From Escherichia phage EO1, in the sequence record OQ223305.1: a stretch of DNA of 64,000 nucleotides. One strand, 5' to 3'. The notes beneath the pieces were generated by a model. The model was not told the DNA's origin, made no database searches, and saw only the letters and a program-made list of their open reading frames with translations. This document shows, piece by piece, positions 52,463-64,000 of this stretch. A program made the translations under genes and the position numbers. Numbering within the stretch: position 1 is the first letter of the stretch; the number at the start of each line of letters is the position of its first letter.

Positions 52463-53096
52463 ACGCTTTTTTCATGGCCTCTGCGAGAGCCATATAGGCG
52501 TCATCGGCACTTGTATCGGCTTCCGCCGTCTGTGATTCGGTAATTTCCTTAGGAGTTACCCATGCATCTGGAGCACTTGGACCCCATACTGCATCAACAC
52601 CTACAGTTAATTTGAATCCTTCGTTTACGATACGATAACCTTTATTTGTGTCAGTCAATGAACCTAATCCACGAGAAGAAACTCCTGGAATCCATCCGGC
52701 ACGAATATTAGCTGCTAATTTATCTCCAGGACCGTGGTCACCTTCAATAACACGAGCTCGTCCGTATACGTCATTTCCTTTCCACCACATATCTTCTATA
52801 ATGATAGCGGCTTGCATCGGGTCAACATTAGCGCGTGGAGGATGATTTAATTCTCCGAGAGCTTGTTTAGTTAAAACTTGCTCATTAATATAGTCTTTTA
52901 CCGCTTTTTCTAATATGCGTTTTGGATAAAGACGTTTATTTCTATTGACGACTTCTGCTTGCATGAATATTCCTTCGATGTATAAACCCGGTTTTAAACC
53001 TAAGTCTTTTCCATCGTGGGATTCGAGCATTGGCACACCATCAATAATTTCGCCAGGTTGACCCCAAGTTTCAATTAGTAATTGGGGTTCATTCAT
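52458..53096 (-). CDS. 21: Prohead core protease gp21
   Basis: 212 aa, same length as T4 gp21. Confidence 0.9.
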   Translation of the reverse strand: MNEPQLLIETWGQPGEIIDGVPMLESHDGKDLGLKPGLYIEGIFMQAEVVNRNKRLYPKRILEKAVKDYINEQVLTKQALGELNHPPRANVDPMQAAIIIEDMWWKGNDVYGRARVIEGDHGPGDKLAANIRAGWIPGVSSRGLGSLTDTNKGYRIVNEGFKLTVGVDAVWGPSAPDAWVTPKEITESQTAEADTSADDAYMALAEAMKKAL

Positions 53097-53521
53097 TAGC
53101 TTAATCCTAATGCTTTACGGCGTTTAAGAGCTTTTTTACGCTTACGCTGAGCACGAGATTGACCTGCTGGATTGGCAATCTTCGTTTTGGTAGCTTTGCG
53201 AGCAATTTGTCTACGTTTTGCTTTAGACAGCCCAGTGGTTTGAAATGCATTACGTTCGCGTGTTTTGCGATCTTTAGTACGTGTAATTTCACCACGAGCT
53301 GAAACGTGCTTAACAATGAATTCATTTAACGGCATGTTTTCATTAATAGAAGCTAATGCAACTGCTAAATCAGTTTCATCATCAAGCATATTCTCGACAA
53401 TTGTATTTATATCGTCTTTATTTAAAGCAGAAGACAATTCGTCAAAGCGACCCTGTGCTTCAGGAATAAGTGCTTCGACATTCTCGAGAACTAATTCATG
53501 AGTTTCAGGGATCAGAAGCAT
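53096..53521 (-). CDS. 68: Prohead core protein gp68
   Basis: 141 aa. Confidence 0.85.
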
Positions 53522-53753
53522 TATTCATCATCCTCGTCTTCGTCAGAGTCTTTGTCTTTTTTGTCGTCTTTATCATCACCATCTTCGTCATCATCTTCGT
53601 CTTCAGGTTCTTCACCTTCGATTAAGAAATTACGAGCGATAGCGATTTTTTCTTCTTTAATTAAATCAATCGTTCTTGCAGCCATGGCTTCAGCAAAGAA
53701 TTTACGAGCGGCTACGAGGTCGTTTGATTTAATAGCTTCAATTAAACCTTCCA

Positions 53754-53754
<1 letters not shown>
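53521..53754 (-). CDS. 67: Prohead core protein gp67
   Basis: 77 aa with extremely acidic C-terminus. Confidence 0.8.
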
Positions 53755-55379
<1,625 letters not shown>

Positions 55380-55411
55380 TTAAGCAGGATGGGGATTTCT
55401 CCCCATTCATT

Positions 55412-55903
55412 TTATTCCCAATAATCGAGAGCGAGAGTTACTTCAAAGGTTTGGATTTCATTGTTTGAATCCCAATCTAACTGAAGTTCACCCACGTTAG
55501 TAGGCCACAGGCCTTTAATTTCGACTTCTTTTGTTACAGTTTTAGCGTCACGAGCATATTGGCGTACAATAGCACTCTTTTTATACTCTGCTGGTTTTCC
55601 ACCAGTAATTTCGTTTCCTTGCCCAGCAGCAATGCTTTGCCAGTCAACAAACTTCTGACGAGCATCATGTGCCTCATCGTTCATTACTGTAATAGTCCAG
55701 TCATCGAATGTACGATCGCCTGCTACGTTAATTTTACGGTTCATAAATCCGACTGGAATTTTTTCTACAATACCAGCTGGTAAAGCAGTGGCTTTACATT
55801 GAAACGTAAAATTTTGTCCAAGATAAGAAATTTCTACTTGGAATAAGTTAGGTCGAGCAAAATCACCAGATTCAAACGCTCGTGTTACATCATCTACAAA
55901 CAT
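55412..55903 (-). CDS. 19: Tail tube protein gp19
   Basis: 163 aa, same length as T4 gp19. Confidence 0.92.
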   Translation of the reverse strand: MFVDDVTRAFESGDFARPNLFQVEISYLGQNFTFQCKATALPAGIVEKIPVGFMNRKINVAGDRTFDDWTITVMNDEAHDARQKFVDWQSIAAGQGNEITGGKPAEYKKSAIVRQYARDAKTVTKEVEIKGLWPTNVGELQLDWDSNNEIQTFEVTLALDYWE

Positions 55904-55966
55904 ATTAGCCTCTGTAGTATTTATATCCCTATGTTTAACCTAGGGCATATAGAATTAAAGAATTAA

Positions 55967-55974
55967 GGATATAG
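55967..55974 (-). promoter_or_regulatory. Late promoter TATAAATA for gene 19 (second copy at 55913-55920)
   Basis: Two exact TATAAATA motifs on minus strand in the 18-19 intergenic region. Confidence 0.6.
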
Positions 55975-56019
55975 TGTATTTATATGGCCTGCCGAAACAG
56001 GCCTTTAGAATGCACCGTA

Positions 56020-57999
56020 TTAACCTGCAAGACCAGTTAACTCATCGAAATCTGCACCTGTAGCAGTTGCTACGAAGTTCAAGGTAATGTAGTTAATGCT
56101 TCTAGCCGGTTGGATGTAGAATGTTGCAACAAACTCATTTCTATCAATTACTGACGGAGTGTTATTTGTTGTATCGCAAACTACACGATATTCATAAATT
56201 CCACCGAGAGCTTTAATTCCCTGTAAGTATTGGGCAGTTTCTGTGCGGAATGATGAACGAGTAAACGCGTTGTTTAATTCGAACAAACGATATTTTGAAC
56301 TACGTCCGATATTCGTTTTCAACATATTAAACAGACGACGAACGTTAATACGATCAAATGGAGAAGGAACAGAAGTAGCTGTTTTATCACCATATAATAC
56401 GTAACCATCACCACCTGTACCAGTTACTGGGTTGATAGCTTCTTGATATAAACGGTCGCGCTGAGCTTGGCGAGTTTCAATAGCAAGTTTAATAACGTTA
56501 AGAATCTGGCCGCGATTATAACCAGCTGGAGACATCCAAGTCTGAGAAACGTTATCGGTTCTTGCACATAAACCGGCAATATCAGCTGCTAATGGAACCC
56601 AACGATTGACATCATTATATTTGTCATACTGATATTTGTAGTTACCATCAATTGCTGCGTAGGTTGAACTGATATTAAAGTTATTATCAGTGTATGAACC
56701 TGTTGCAGTTCTCCAATTGACTAAGTTATCAACAGCGCGAGTTACAGGAATTCCAACTACAGTTTCGCGCGGTGGTGAGCACAATACTAAGCAATCCTGG
56801 CGAGCATCCCCAATTGAAACGACGTGTTTTTGGACAGTAGATGCTGTTTCTAAAGATTCACCGGCACAAGAACCCGCAATAAACAACTGAACGTCAACAG
56901 ATTCACGGTCAGCAAAGAAGTCCCAAGCTTCCATCAAATCTCCTGCTGTTACTTCAGCATTTGATGATAATCCACCAGACAGAGTTAAAATTCCAGAGAA
57001 TCCTTCTGGCCAGTTTTGTGCAGTTGCGAAAATATATTCTGAACCACCTTTTGCGAAAAAGTCATCAATGTAGATGTTACTATCGTAAATATCTTTTTCA
57101 CCACGCTTTGTTGAAAGAACAACGCTTTGAACAATAGCATCATTACGACGAACTATAATAGCGTATTGCGAATCAGTTTGTGGTCCATATCCAAACACTG
57201 CTTTGGCAGTAGATGCACGTGTTCCGCCACCTGGATAAATTGGGAGTAATGCAGAAGCACCTTTTGCGTAGTCAGCTTTAGATACGATTTCAATTTCGAT
57301 TTTATCGCCCAACTCGCCCGGATAAAGAGCTACTACTCCTGGAATTCCATATTTTTCGAGATTTGTTTGAAATTCAACCGCTGTCATAGCAGCTTCGGCA
57401 TTTTCAATTTCAGCTAATAAAATACCAGAATCAGTAATAATTTTTCCAAGAGTTATTACTGCAGCTAAACCAGAGGAAGACGAAGAAATTTCCGCGGTCC
57501 AGTTAGAACCTAATGCTGGATATTCACCGACTTCTTTCGCTTTAGCGATAATTTTTGCAGTAGGAATATTAATTTTCTTAATTTTTCCATCAGCATCTAC
57601 TTCGGTAATTTTACCTTCCGTTTCAATGTCTTCTGAAACATACTTAACTGTGATTTTATCTCCAACCGCGTAGTTACTACCTGGGGTAGAAATAGTGTAT
57701 TCAATATTACCAGCAATCGGAGATGAGTTTTTAGCGGTATCTCTATCGACAGCACGCACAACTCGCAAATCATTTCCGTATTGTAAGAAATTCATTGCAG
57801 ACATAAAATAGTCAGCAGTTTCAGCTGTAGGTTGACCAAAAGTATTAACTAAATCTACTTCATTTGTAACCTGTTTGATCTGAAAAGCAGGACCCCACTG
57901 GAATTTACCGGCCAAAGCTGCTGTACCAGTAGAGTTATTAACCACGGTGCTTTGAACCGTAGTTTCTTTGAGCTCAATGCCCGGAGATAATAAAGTCAT
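56020..57999 (-). CDS. 18: Tail sheath protein gp18
   Basis: 659 aa, same length as T4 gp18. Confidence 0.95.
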   Translation of the reverse strand: MTLLSPGIELKETTVQSTVVNNSTGTAALAGKFQWGPAFQIKQVTNEVDLVNTFGQPTAETADYFMSAMNFLQYGNDLRVVRAVDRDTAKNSSPIAGNIEYTISTPGSNYAVGDKITVKYVSEDIETEGKITEVDADGKIKKINIPTAKIIAKAKEVGEYPALGSNWTAEISSSSSGLAAVITLGKIITDSGILLAEIENAEAAMTAVEFQTNLEKYGIPGVVALYPGELGDKIEIEIVSKADYAKGASALLPIYPGGGTRASTAKAVFGYGPQTDSQYAIIVRRNDAIVQSVVLSTKRGEKDIYDSNIYIDDFFAKGGSEYIFATAQNWPEGFSGILTLSGGLSSNAEVTAGDLMEAWDFFADRESVDVQLFIAGSCAGESLETASTVQKHVVSIGDARQDCLVLCSPPRETVVGIPVTRAVDNLVNWRTATGSYTDNNFNISSTYAAIDGNYKYQYDKYNDVNRWVPLAADIAGLCARTDNVSQTWMSPAGYNRGQILNVIKLAIETRQAQRDRLYQEAINPVTGTGGDGYVLYGDKTATSVPSPFDRINVRRLFNMLKTNIGRSSKYRLFELNNAFTRSSFRTETAQYLQGIKALGGIYEYRVVCDTTNNTPSVIDRNEFVATFYIQPARSINYITLNFVATATGADFDELTGLAG

Positions 58000-58027
58000 T
58001 TTTAATCCTCTTTAATATGCTTTAATA

Positions 58028-61168
<3,141 letters not shown>

Positions 61169-61209
61169 GATTTCTCCTAATCTGGGCTTTAATTAGTTTA
61201 TAATATTTA

Positions 61210-62911
<1,702 letters not shown>

Positions 62912-62942
62912 TTAAAAAAATCCTTTGGGGCCTTGCGGCCCC
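62912..62942 (-). terminator. Rho-independent terminator downstream of wac
   Basis: ggggcc-gcaa-ggcccc hairpin followed by aaaggattttttt on minus strand. Confidence 0.7.
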
Positions 62943-62945
62943 ATG

Positions 62946-64000
62946 TTATGCTGGTGATAAAAAGGTAGAAAGTAGTACCCATTCGCCGTCTTTACGAACG
63001 TAAGCTTGGCCATCTTTTGGAGCTTCAGGGATATAACCTGCTTCCTGTAAAGTCTGAACATCCCCCTGTAATGAAGATACATTACTTTTAATACTACGCA
63101 TTTCTTGATTAATAGAAGAAATGTTAGTTTCATTAGCTTTTATTGAATTAGTTAATCCGCGCTCTTCTACTGTTGAACCATTTGGATTTGTGCCGCTTAC
63201 TAGTTTATTTAGTGCAACAACTTGGCCTTTAATTCCAGTAGTGTTATTACCAATTTCAACTTGTAAGTTTTGAACATCATTGTTCAGTCTATTAACTGAA
63301 GTTTCAACAGTTGAAACCCTATTTAAAAGAGACCCAGGAGGAGAAGGCTGACCTCCACTAGAATCAGTTCCAACGATTTGGTTTAGCCATGAAACGTTTG
63401 CTCGTAGTCCAGATGAAGTGTTTTCACCAACAATTCCATTTAAAAACTCAATTGATGTTGTATTATCTTTAATTTGACCTTTAATACTAGAAGGAATATC
63501 ATCTGAGCCAATTGACGTTTCAATGACAGTCAATCGTTGTTTAATACCTCCGCTTTTATTTAGTTCATCATTTAAAGCTGAAATTTCTTGTGTATTAGTG
63601 TTAACATCTGTGATTATTGAAGTATTTCCTGGATATCCAATAGAAGTTTTGATAGATTTAATTTCGGAACTAAGATTAATCTGCGATTGATCTAAATTAT
63701 GAACACGTGAATATATGCTTTCACTGAATGAAGATGGTCTTTGTCCAAGTTCTTGTCTAAGATTTCCAACTTCAATTGTCAGTGAACCTACATCAGATTC
63801 AATAAATTTTTCTTCCAAATCACTTAGACGTATTCCTTGGGAAGTTATAGCATCTGTATTATTAATGATGCGGTGCTTCATACCCGTGCTGCTATTTCCT
63901 ACAACAGGAAGACCATTGATGTCTTGCCCAGCATATTGTCCTAATTCCCTTTTAATCCATAACAAATCATTTCTAATCGTTCTATAAACTGAATTTGCTT
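62946..64000 (-). CDS. wac: Fibritin (whisker), C-terminal part (ORF runs off window end)
   Basis: Coiled-coil heptad-rich sequence ending in a foldon-like [27 protein letters not shown]. Confidence 0.9.
   Translation of the reverse strand, partial: ANSVYRTIRNDLLWIKRELGQYAGQDINGLPVVGNSSTGMKHRIINNTDAITSQGIRLSDLEEKFIESDVGSLTIEVGNLRQELGQRPSSFSESIYSRVHNLDQSQINLSSEIKSIKTSIGYPGNTSIITDVNTNTQEISALNDELNKSGGIKQRLTVIETSIGSDDIPSSIKGQIKDNTTSIEFLNGIVGENTSSGLRANVSWLNQIVGTDSSGGQPSPPGSLLNRVSTVETSVNRLNNDVQNLQVEIGNNTTGIKGQVVALNKLVSGTNPNGSTVEERGLTNSIKANETNISSINQEMRSIKSNVSSLQGDVQTLQEAGYIPEAPKDGQAYVRKDGEWVLLSTFLSPA

Overview
This window is a contiguous stretch of a T4-like (Tequatrovirus-type) phage genome, recognised by reading the ORF translations against remembered T4 proteins and gene order; no search was run. 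The plus strand carries the early and middle DNA-metabolism and host-takeover genes (rnh, dsbA, 33, 59, segG-like, 32, frd, td, nrdA, mobE-like, nrdB, denA, 63/rnlA, alc, pseT, cd, 31, rIII, the 30.x cluster, 30 ligase, alt). The minus strand carries late structural genes (35 partial, 34, 54-48-29-28-27-51, uvsW, 24-23-22-21-68-67-20-19-18-17-16-15-14-13, wac partial), with 26, 25, uvsY, inh, hoc and rnlB on the plus strand. Promoters of all three T4 classes are readable: GTTTAC/TATAAT-type early, MotA-box middle and TATAAATA late. Several hairpins followed by T-runs look like terminators. No tRNA, rRNA, CRISPR array, transposon or compositionally foreign island was found, so I see no large inserted system. 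The points most worth a second look are a gene 32 product whose acidic C-terminal tail appears replaced, a NADAR/YbiA-like ORF in the 30.x cluster, an extra ORF between frd and td, intronless td and nrdB alongside free-standing homing-endonuclease genes, two tandem Alt-type ADP-ribosyltransferase paralogs, and inverted repeats that bracket the -10 element of four early promoters. All comparisons to T4 are from memory and need alignment to confirm.
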